Origin: Candidatus Saccharimonadota bacterium
GTDB lineage: Bacteria > Patescibacteriota > Gracilibacteria > BD1-5 > UBA6164
NCBI GenBank assembly: GCA_004563595.2
Contig: CP042461.1
Coordinates: forward strand, 1,080,001 to 1,112,000
DNA: 32,000 nt
Direction: 5' to 3'
The notes beneath the pieces were generated by a model. It ran no database searches. It saw only the letters and a program-made list of their open reading frames with translations, and was not told the origin of the DNA. The position numbers and the translations under genes are program-made. Positions 10,243-18,472 of the stretch are shown one piece after another; position 1 is the first letter of the stretch; every line of letters begins with the position of its first letter.

Positions 10243-10878
10243 CTACCTCCTAGATGCGTTATCTAACATACTGGTTTTTCTAATCCTTTTTTTCTTTGCA
10301 TCTGTTGTATTATCTAATATCGCTTTAGATTTTTTTTCTGCTAGATTGGTCAGCTCTATAAACTCTTCTCGATAATTCCTATACAATGCACCACGCAATG
10401 AAGGGTCGATAATTTGAATATCACCTCTCGAAAGGTAATCTTTCTCTTCATTGCAAGATTTGAGGTATGTGCCAAAATGGAGCTTAAAATAAGTTAGTGG
10501 ATCGCCGTGAAGGCCCCTGTTATAGCATTCATAGCCACTAATATAGGGAGATGGATCGAACTTCTTACCTTGATTCCTGACTACTTTGGCTGCCTCCATT
10601 AATTCTTGGGCGAGCTTTTCCTTTTCCGACAATAAGTCGCCAACCGGGTTAGTAAAGCCTGAAGTATCAAAAACTTCTTCAATAGCCTGATAAGTAACAT
10701 GCAATACCTTACGTATTTCCTTATTGTTTTCAACAGCTTTTTGAATAGCTTCTTTATCTAAACAGCTAATAAATCTAGCACTAAAAAGTAATACTGTTTC
10801 TATTGCTACATTGCCCTGCTTCCCTATATATGCCTTTAGCTCATGCTCACTATAAGAAAGTAATTGATTTATCCCCAT
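10243..10878 (-). CDS. Hypothetical protein, paralogue 1 of a tandem pair (211 aa); no TGA codons, GC-richer
   Basis: Intact ORF in the standard code. It is roughly half identical by eye to the 10946-11581 product. Shared blocks include MGIxxLLSYSExELK, VLLFSAR, KFDPSPY..YECY.R..HGDP, HFG..L.SCN and GALYR. It has a basic C-terminal tail. No family was recognised. Confidence 0.75.
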   Translation of the reverse strand: MGINQLLSYSEHELKAYIGKQGNVAIETVLLFSARFISCLDKEAIQKAVENNKEIRKVLHVTYQAIEEVFDTSGFTNPVGDLLSEKEKLAQELMEAAKVVRNQGKKFDPSPYISGYECYNRGLHGDPLTYFKLHFGTYLKSCNEEKDYLSRGDIQIIDPSLRGALYRNYREEFIELTNLAEKKSKAILDNTTDAKKKRIRKTSMLDNASRR

Positions 10879-10945
10879 ACTTGAAAAAATTAAATATAAA
10901 GTATAATTTATTATAGAATTGATTTGCGGTGATATATTATTGTAT

Positions 10946-11581
10946 TTACTTGCGAGAAGAACTTTCTAAAGCACTAATCTTTTTTAATTTTTTAGCCCCT
11001 CTACTAGTCATTTGTTGTTTTATTACTTTTGATTTTTTTCCAGCAAGATAAGTCAACTTTTCAAATTCTTTGCGATGGCTCCTATATAGCGCTCCCCAGA
11101 GTGCTGGGTCAACAACTGGAACGTCACCACGCCATAGATAATTAATACCCTCTTTATTGCAAGACCCCAAAAACTCCCCGAAATGCTTTCTTAAATATTC
11201 CACTGGGTCGCCGTGCTTTTCTCTTTTATAACATTCATAGTTTGGTAAGTAGGGAGAGGGATCAAACTTTTGACCTTTCTTTTTAGCTGCTTTAGCTGCA
11301 TTCATAAGAACGCTGGCTTGAATCTTTTTGCTCTCCTGCAAGTCGCCCACACGATTTATACAGTTTGGTTCCAGCGCATCTTCAATACCTTGGTAGGATG
11401 CGTGCAATGTCTCGCGTATTTCTGCATTGGTTTCCGCAACCCTTTGAATGGTTTTTACATCTATCAAATTGATTAGCCTAGCACTAAAAAGCAATACCGC
11501 TTTTTTTGTGGTATCACTTTGTTTGCTGATATATTCCTTTAACTCGCGCTCACTATAAGAAAGTAATTCACTTATCCCCAT
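10946..11581 (-). CDS. Hypothetical protein, paralogue 2 of a tandem pair (211 aa); no TGA codons, GC-richer
   Basis: Intact ORF in the standard code and a paralogue of 10243-10878. The sequence just upstream of the start (tatatttatttttttt aagtATGGGGAT) is also duplicated. Confidence 0.75.
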   Translation of the reverse strand: MGISELLSYSERELKEYISKQSDTTKKAVLLFSARLINLIDVKTIQRVAETNAEIRETLHASYQGIEDALEPNCINRVGDLQESKKIQASVLMNAAKAAKKKGQKFDPSPYLPNYECYKREKHGDPVEYLRKHFGEFLGSCNKEGINYLWRGDVPVVDPALWGALYRSHRKEFEKLTYLAGKKSKVIKQQMTSRGAKKLKKISALESSSRK

Positions 11582-11604
11582 ACTTAAAAAAAATAAATAT
11601 AATA

Positions 11605-11640
11605 CTATTATATATAACTATTTTTTAATTCTTGTCAATA
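11605..11640 (-). promoter_or_regulatory. Putative sigma70-type promoter for the paralogue pair
   Basis: The minus strand reads TTGACA (comp 11633-11638), an 18-nt spacer, then TATATA (comp 11611-11616), about 30 nt upstream of the ATG. Confidence 0.4.
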
Positions 11641-11682
11641 CACTCCTCATTTTGCATCTCCATATATTCTGTTAAACAATAA

Positions 11683-11787
11683 TTATTTCAAAGACTGTAG
11701 TTCCTTATTAAATTTATTCAATTTATCAAAATCTATCTCCTCCAATAATCTATAAAAGTTCGAGTATTCAGCCCCTCAGGAGTACCA
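11683..11787 (-). pseudogene. Cassette boundary repeat R1: 48-nt arm plus 9-nt tRNA-Glu 3' core. The minus strand reads as a 34-codon C-terminal gene fragment.
   Basis: The minus strand from the core reads WYSG(TGA)GAEYSNFYRLLEEIDFDKLNKFNKELQSLK*. There is no start codon. Upstream of the core, homology to the other copies is lost and a terminator hairpin follows. Confidence 0.6.
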
Positions 11788-11922
11788 TAACAGATTACAA
11801 AAAAAAGCCCTCGATAGAGGGCTTTTTAGTTCAATCCCTTTTAGGTATATTTCTGTATTTTTACTATAAAATCCCCTTTGTTAGGGATATTTATAACAGT
11901 TCAATTCCCCTTAGGTCTTTAC
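11779..11922 (+). repeat. Duplicated 144-nt block, copy 2 (core, terminator, three decayed tRNA-end motifs)
   Basis: See 9263-9406. The hairpin is gccctc-gata-gagggc at 11807-11822, followed by a T-run. Confidence 0.85.
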
Positions 11923-12272
11923 ATTATAAATTCACTAAATATTATGAATAAAATATTGCTTTCAGTAGCTGAAAAGAGAGCTATAGAAGAAGGTATTGAT
12001 GGAGCTTTTGATGATGTTAAAAATATCTAAATATAATTCTGATAACCTGAATTATCGGAACTAGAATAAACTAAAAAACTTTATGTTTTCATTCCTTATT
12101 TTTAATAAGTTTATATATAGAGAACCTTATATTTCAACTTTTAATCAGTTTGGTAAATTCCAAGTGTTAAATGTTTGGTTCAAGATATTGTTTTGAAAGA
12201 AGGGTTATAATTGTTTTTGTATAGATCTATTTTTATATATAATCTTAGTATTTATTTAATGATCTCCTATAA

Positions 12273-13328
12273 ATGAAAAAAATATTAATTTTAGTTTGAG
12301 CCGGAGCAAGTAAATTTTGCAATTATACTGATAAGGGGAGCGTTAAATTTATAAATGATAATGTTAGCGACGAGTATAAAATGCCTCCTTTGGGAGATGA
12401 ATTATTTAATGAGTTAGTTAATAATGGATATAGCGAAGAATTAAGTAAATTACCCGATGATTTAAAAGAGGTGTTTAAAACAGAGGGGTTTGAAAAAGGT
12501 ATGGAAAAGTGTTTGAGTACAGATGTTAAAAATAAGGATCTAGCTATTCTTTGAACAAAGTCTCAGAAAGAAATCCAAGAATATGTGGAGCATTTGAGAA
12601 CATCGACTATTGATGAGGCTAAATTACTTAGAGAAATGTGAAAATATTTTTTGAGATTTTATATATCTACAGACGATAAAGAAAATAATCTATATTATCT
12701 TTTACTGAAAAATTTAATAGCTAATAACATAGAGCTTTCAATTTCTTCCTTAAATTATGAATGTTTGATTGAAGAAGCATTTAAGCATATCAATAATACA
12801 AATTCAAAATTTCAATTTATAAAGCCACATGGTTCTGCAAATTTCTTACCAATTATGGCTGTGAATGGAAAAATTAGGTCCTCTCAGCTTTCTATCTTGG
12901 CTGCTACAAAAATAGGTAAAATTGGGCCTACAAAGGTATTTTTAAGAGAAGATGCCTTAAATCACATCAATGGTGAAAATTGATTAATTATACCAGTAAT
13001 GTCAAGGTATATGCAGAACAAAGAAGGTTCTTTAAATGATGACTATATAAAGGAACATAAACAATATCTTAAAGAAAAAATTGAATCATCAGATAAAATA
13101 ATTGTAATTGGTGTGAAAATTACAGAAGAAGATACTCATATATGGAGTAACTTAGCAAAGTCTAAAGCTGATATCTGCTATGTTTCATGAAGTGATCTAC
13201 TATTTAATGACTGGAAAGATAAGAATAATCGTAATACTAAAAATGATATACACAGAAAAGGTTTTAGAGATATGTTTAATACAATGGACTCTTTCCCAGA
13301 TATCGTTAATAATTTTCTGACTGTTTAA
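12273..13328 (+). CDS. SIR2_2-like (DHS-like NAD-binding fold) protein, stand-alone (351 aa under table 25)
   Basis: The motif order matches the SIR2-like defence family: ILVG(TGA)AGASKF (GAGxS), PPLGDELFNEL, SSLNYECLIEEAF (TxNYDxLxE), IKPHGSANF (KxHGS), IIVIGVKITEEDTHIW. Five in-frame TGA codons are present. Track ORFs 12651 and 12999 are in frame. Confidence 0.7.
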
Positions 13329-13406
13329 AATAAATAGCCCCCTCTATTAAGGTCTTTCTTTTAAAATTTATTTACGTACTCAACTAAATTAATTTTATTT
13401 ATTTAA

Positions 13407-13508
13407 TTATACTCTCTTTATAATTTTTACAAATTCTCTCAACTTATCTAACTCTACCTCCTCCAATAACCTATAAAAGTTCAAGTATTCAACCCCTCAG
13501 GAGTACCA
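13407..13508 (-). pseudogene. Cassette boundary repeat R2: arm plus exact tRNA core. The minus strand reads as a C-terminal gene fragment.
   Basis: WYSGGVEYLNFYRLLEEVELDKLREFVKIIKRV*. An in-frame TAG lies 6 codons upstream of the core, so there is no N-terminal part. Confidence 0.6.
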
Positions 13509-13531
13509 TTTTGAAAATCAACTTTTCTAAT

Positions 13532-13575
13532 GAGTTCTAGTAAGTGACTTCTTGCTAACTAGAGCTCTTTTTTTT
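13532..13575 (+). terminator. Hairpin terminator at the start of cassette 3
   Basis: gagttctagt (13532-13541) pairs with actagagctc (13558-13567) with 1 mismatch, followed by a run of 8 T. Confidence 0.55.
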
Positions 13576-13735
13576 GTCTATTAAAAGTTCGCTACCAGAT
13601 AATTTCAAAATATTTATTTTTTTATTTATACCTATCTTAATATAGCCTCAATAAAGTTTTACAAAGGCTTAACTTGTTTATAATCTCTATCAGTTGATTT
13701 ACGATAATATATTATTATTTTTATCAAACAATAAG

Positions 13736-15019
13736 TTAATAATCTATTTGACTCTCATAATCTAGAATATGTGAGTATTTTTCTTTATATTCTTCTAAAT
13801 TAAAATATTCTAATATCATTTCATTAGCATTGTAAAATGAAATTAAAAGATCTCTATATCCATCAAAATTAAGTTTTCCATCTATTCTGAAAAGCTTATT
13901 TTTTTTACATGATAATTTAGGGTAATTAGATAATAATTTTTCTTTTCTTTTATTTAAATTGTCTATATCATAAAATAATATAGACCCATCAAAATGTTCA
14001 ATAACATTATCTTCTATATTAAACTTAGAATGAATTAATCTATTATAATAATAATCTTTATATTTATTTTCTCATATTTCTTCAATTAAAAAAGAATTAT
14101 CTCTTTGATCTATATTAAAGTCCGTATAGTAAATCTTATTTCAAAAATAATTATCAAATTTTTTATTTAACCTCTTTTTCCTTGTAAATAATACTTTATC
14201 AGACTTTGTAAAAAATTTATCAATACTAAACTCTGGTCAGAAAAATAATCCTCAAAGGAAAATAAATTCTTTATAGTTTTCTTTACCAATAATTTTATTA
14301 AAATTTAATTTTATTTTGAACTTACATTCATCTGAGTTATTTTTATATAATCAAAAGAAGTCAAAAACAAAAGGAGTTATAATACCTAAATCAAAAAATA
14401 AATCATCATAATAAATGAAGTAATCTTTCAAAAAAATTCATTCCCTATTATAGTTTATTTCTAAATCTGTAATATCTAATAATAAGTCTTTATCTATTAG
14501 TTCTAAAATATTAGGAAATTTCTCAAAAAAATCTTTTTTGCTTATGTTTGGAATTGTATTTTTTATTTCCTGATCTTTTGTAATACTATCAATTATTTCA
14601 TTCGCATCTTTTACATTATTTTCATTAATATATCTTATTATATAATCTCGATCTATTCATTCTATCTGGTCTGATAATATTGAACATATATCCTCTACTT
14701 TTTCCTTATATAAAAATTTAATTAAATCTTTATATAAGGAAATTAGTATTTCTTTTATATCTTGTATATTATTTTCACCTTTTAACCTAGATAATTCTTT
14801 AATATACCTTAATTTTTTAAGGTCTAATGGTATTGGATAAAAATCTAAACAAATTTCACTTTTTATTAAGTCATCATAATTTGCAATCGATTTAAGAGAA
14901 TTAATCGTATACAATAATTCTAATTTACCACTAGTAAAAACATGCTCTTTTTTATAAAATTTTTTCTTCTCTAAAGTTAGTTTTTCAATATATCACAATA
15001 TTAATTCTTTTTTATTCAT
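13736..15019 (-). CDS. Hypothetical protein (427 aa under table 25), no recognisable domain
   Basis: I checked every codon from 13736 to 14657: the frame contains no TAA or TAG and 8 TGA codons. Track ORF 14657-14914 is in frame. Start is ATG at comp(15017-15019). The sequence is very K/N/I/Y/F-rich. Confidence 0.7.
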
Positions 15020-15099
15020 AATTATATAAATAATAGATTACTAAATACATATATTCTAATTATTACCTGGAATACTTAAGCATATCAACTCTACTCAAT

Positions 15100-15159
15100 T
15101 CTTCTGAATATAGTTAATAAACTGTTAAAAATTCTAAATCCCCTCTATCAGGAGCACCA
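15100..15159 (+). repeat. Cassette boundary repeat R3 (degenerate arm plus core GGAGCACCA)
   Basis: aaatcccctctatcaggagcacca compares with cagcccctcaggagtacca. The minus-strand remnant YSEELSRVDMLKYSR* echoes LLEEIDFDKLNKF but is frameshifted. Confidence 0.45.
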
Positions 15160-15188
15160 ATTTTTAAATAAGGATAAGTTATTTATAG

Positions 15189-16118
15189 TTAAATATTCAT
15201 GGAATCAATAAGATATCTTCAAGATTCAAGATACCTTCATAAATCTGGGATTTCAATCATCTCACTTTTTCTACTATGCACAATATCATTTCTTAACTTT
15301 ATTCATGTAGCAATATCTTTAACTTTATCCTTTAGCGTTTCTCAAAAAAAATCCTCATCTATGCATCTAATGATTTCTTTTAATCAATCTTTTTTACTTC
15401 TCATATAATCAGAAACCTTTTCATCACTTCAAAGCTGTTGTAATAAATATCTTTTTGTTATTATTTCTATTGTGATTATTAATATTATTAATGATTCTTG
15501 CTTATGATTGTCTTTGAATAATCTCACTGCATTCATATAAAAAATTTCCTCAAGACCTATTTGCTCTTCTCACATAAGAATTTTATGAATGTTACTTATT
15601 TCTTCTTCTGTTCTATTTGCTCTTAGCAATGACCATCAAGTTGATGACATAAATAAATTTGATGCGCAACTACTACTTTCTCATACTTTATGGTGGCAAA
15701 TAGTAAATTCTCTCATATCTTCTTTTGATTCAATACCTCATATCTGAAATCTTCCAGTAATTAATCTGTATGAATCTATAAAATCATTTATAATATTTTT
15801 ATAGTATTTCCAGTAAAATCACTCTAAATTATCAAATGGTATTCCTAACTGCAATAAAGGAATAAATACTCTTAATCTACTGAACCTGAAAGCCGCATTT
15901 CTATCTGTTGCTATTTCCATATTTGTCGATTGTCAAAATCGTTCATCAAAACTTTGACGTACGTCTTCGATAACAATAACATATGGTTTTTTATTTCCAT
16001 TAAATTCAAACCTTCATTCTATTAAACGTCATCTATCGATGTGAAAACATATATCGCTTTCATAAGAAATTTCTATATATTCATCCATTCACAAATATTC
16101 ATTCATTGTTTTATTCAT
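15189..16118 (-). CDS. HEPN-domain protein (Rx4H motif), putative abortive-infection-type RNase (309 aa under table 25)
   Basis: I checked every codon: there is no TAA or TAG, and about 20 TGA=Gly. The C-terminal helical domain carries IKLRNDIVHSRK (R-x4-H at comp 15276-15293). The N-terminal roughly 190 aa are unassigned. Confidence 0.65.
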
Positions 16119-16258
16119 ACTATTGTTATTATAGAAGATAATAAACAAGATTTTTATTATCACATCAACATCACTTTTATTAAATAATACTGACTACATA
16201 TTAACAGGACATTAATATTTGAAAGTTTCTTTTACTTTTCAGTTGACTAGATATAAGT

Positions 16259-16399
16259 TTATTGTGATCAAGAAGATAAATCATATAGAAGCTTAATTTG
16301 ATACAGTTTGTATTTCTTTAAAAAATAATTTTAATTCCTCTAAATCAATCTCCTCCAACAATCTATAAAAGTTCGAGTATTCAGCCCCTCAGGTGTACC
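16259..16399 (-). pseudogene. Cassette boundary repeat R4: arm plus core (GGTGTACCA). The minus strand reads as a C-terminal gene fragment.
   Basis: WYTGGAEYSNFYRLLEEIDLEELKLFLKKYKLYQIKLLYDLSSGSQ*. The arm at 16343-16399 differs from R1 at 3 of 57 positions. Confidence 0.6.
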
Positions 16400-16411
16400 A
16401 TAACAAACTAC

Positions 16412-16440
16412 AAATAAAAAGCCCTCATAAGAGGGCTTTT
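16412..16440. terminator. Bidirectional hairpin terminator, probably the original tRNA-Glu/cysK terminator
   Basis: aaataaaaa, then gccctc-ataa-gagggc, then ttttt. It is similar to the hairpins at 9283-9311 and 11799-11827. Confidence 0.7.
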
Positions 16441-16512
16441 TATCTGTGAAAAATTGTATATCTTCCCATTCTTATATTATACACCTCGCTTCTATCATTT
16501 AACTCTATTCTT

Positions 16513-17445
16513 TTAAGCTGTGATATTTTCAAAAAGAACGGAAGATAAATAACGTTCTCAACAAGAAGGTAATATGAAAACGATGAGCTTTCCTGCGTTT
16601 TCTGGTCTCTTCGCTACTTCTAAAGCTACGTAAAATGCTGCTCCCGAGGAAATACCCGATAGAATACCTTCTTTTAATGCTAATTCTCTCGCCGTTTGGA
16701 TTGCATTTTCATTAGAAACGGTAATAACTTCATCAATCAAGGTAGTATCTAATATCTTTGGAATAAATCACGCTCAGATCCCTTGAATCTTATGAGGTCC
16801 TGGCTCTCACCCTGAAAGAACAGAACTTGACTCAGGTTCAACAGCAATTACTTTAAAATCAGGATTACGACTTTTAAGAACTGACGCAATACCTGTCAAA
16901 GTTCCTCCTGTTCCAACACCTGAAATTAATATGTCTACCTTTCCATCAGTATCATTCCATATTTCTTCAGCAGTAGTTTTTTGATGAATTTCAACATTAG
17001 CATTATTAGCAAATTGATCGAGTATATGAGAATTTGGAGTAGATTTCTGTAATTCTTCTGCTTTTGCAATAGCTCATTTAATACCCTTACTTGCTTCTGT
17101 TAACACTAATTCAGCACCATAAGCTTTTAATAATTTCCTACGCTCAATAGACATACTTTCTGGCATAGTTAATATGAGTTTATAACCTTTTATTGCAGAT
17201 ACAAAAGCTAAAGCAATACCTGTATTTCCCGATGTTGGCTCAATCAAAGTTGTTTTACCTGGAGTAATGAAACCTTGTTTTTCTGCATCTTCAATCATAT
17301 TAAATCCAATACGATCTTTCACCGAGCTAGCTGGATTAAAATATTCTAGTTTAGCAACTATTCTTGCACTTGTATTATTAAGACGATTAATTTGAACTAA
17401 CGGAGTATTACCGATCAATTCAGTAAGATCTTTTGCTATTTTCAT
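16513..17445 (-). CDS. cysK: Cysteine synthase A / O-acetylserine sulfhydrylase (310 aa under table 25)
   Basis: [25 protein letters not shown] (PLP lysine), [27 protein letters not shown](TGA)AG(TGA)FIP and LPSCG(TGA)ERYLSSVLF. Track ORFs 16558 and 17074 are in frame. Confidence 0.95.
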
Positions 17446-17545
17446 AGTAAATATAAATTAGAAATGATAAAATATGGGTCTAGAAATCTACCAAGCTATA
17501 TGATATAGATTATATTGAAAATAGAATACAAACAAAATTTATATA

Positions 17546-18238
17546 TTAATCTAATTTTCAACAATTTTTATTAGCAAGAAGGTTTATCTCTATCTTTTTT
17601 GGATATGCGAGATGTAAATTATTCATAATATTTTCAAACTGCTCATACGAGTGAGACATATTTAACCTTGGGTTATATTCTTTTTCTTCACCTACAGAAG
17701 AAGAAAAGCATCAATTATAGTCATGACCAGGATATATATGTATATTATCTGATAAACGAAATATCTTCTCTCTTACAGAACGAAACATTTCTTTATTACT
17801 CCCTTCTTGAAAATCTGTTCTTCCACTTCATCTCACAAATAATAAATCTCATGTGAATAGTTTATCTCACACTAACAGAGTAATACATCAAGAAGTATGT
17901 CATGGAGTTTCAAATACTCTCATCTCTAGTTCTCATATTTTTAATATATCTGAGTCTGATAAAAATAAATTATTATTTTCTACAAAATCATTTTTTACTC
18001 ACACTCAAATTTTTCATCAAACTTTTTGCTGTAAATGATAAGAGCCCGTTATATGATCGGCATGAATATGGGTATCAACTATATATGTAACTGATAATCC
18101 AAATTGAGTAATGAACTTAGAATCTCTCTCTATTTGTTCAAAAACTGGATCTATAACAATTGCCTCTTTTGTTTTTTCTGAAGCAATAATATATGTAAAT
18201 GTAGAACTTGCTCTATCAAATAATTGTCTAAAGATCAT
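17546..18238 (-). CDS. MBL-fold hydrolase, ETHE1/persulfide dioxygenase- or glyoxalase II-like (230 aa)
   Basis: THIHADHITG, ETPGHTSG, FTGDLLFVRGSGRTDF, YPGHDYNG and the NPRL tail pattern. Confidence 0.85.
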
Positions 18239-18290
18239 AATATTATTTAATAAATTATAACTTCCTTATGTAATTATATTAATAATAACT

Positions 18291-18316
18291 AAAAACCCCT
18301 GGATCCAGGGGTTTTT
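18291..18316. terminator. Bidirectional terminator
   Basis: aaaaa, then the cccctggatccagggg palindrome, then ttttt. Confidence 0.75.
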
Positions 18317-18434
18317 ATAATTCTATTATTTCATTTGTTCTTCTTCTAACTTCCTCAGTAAGCTCTTTATTCACTTCTTTAGCTTTTTTAGAAGCTATTC
18401 TATTAGCCTCTAATTGTTGTTCAAAGTCTGACAT
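18315..18434 (-). CDS. Small hypothetical protein (39 aa, helical and charged)
   Basis: The ATG..TAA ORF reads MSDFEQQLEANRIASKKAKEVNKELTEEVRRRTNEIIEL and runs into the terminator. There is no other support. Confidence 0.3.
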   Translation of the reverse strand: MSDFEQQLEANRIASKKAKEVNKELTEEVRRRTNEIIEL

Positions 18435-18472
18435 AATTAAAGATAATTAAACAAATAAGATACCCAGGTTAT

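Larger units (their letters stand above)
9272..16399. mobile_element. Accessory island: tandem array of repeat-bounded cassettes inserted at the tRNA-Glu 3' end. No recombinase gene is present.
   Basis: The tRNA 3' core GGAGTACCA recurs at 11779, 13500, 15151 (degenerate) and 16391 (1 mismatch). The arms are shared. The cargo has defence-type domains. The terminator after the last copy resembles the one after the tRNA and is followed by convergent cysK. Confidence 0.65.

Noticed and set aside
10241-10252. A 12-nt identity (AGGAGGTAGAGT on the minus strand) between the 3' end of paralogue 1 and the R2 arm, suggesting another att remnant.
   Set aside because: A single 12-mer in purine-rich sequence could be chance, and it lies within ordinary coding sequence of the paralogue (..SRR*).
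11731-11787. Cassette arm plus core as a tRNA pseudogene or tRNA 3' half.
   Set aside because: Only the last 9-13 nt match tRNA-Glu. The preceding sequence cannot be folded into a T arm: tcgag against cccct does not pair. On the opposite strand it shows coding-type divergence instead.
11944-12030. 28-codon ORF (MNKILLSVAEKRAIEEGIDGAFDDVKNI) at the start of the SIR2 cassette.
   Set aside because: It is too short, has no recognisable RBS or homology, and I cannot support it as a gene. It is mentioned only as a possible remnant.
9272-16399. Classical integron or prophage.
   Set aside because: There is no intI-like or other integrase. No attC-type imperfect palindromes could be folded in the arms. 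No phage structural or replication genes are present. Only the repeat-bounded cassette architecture resembles an integron.
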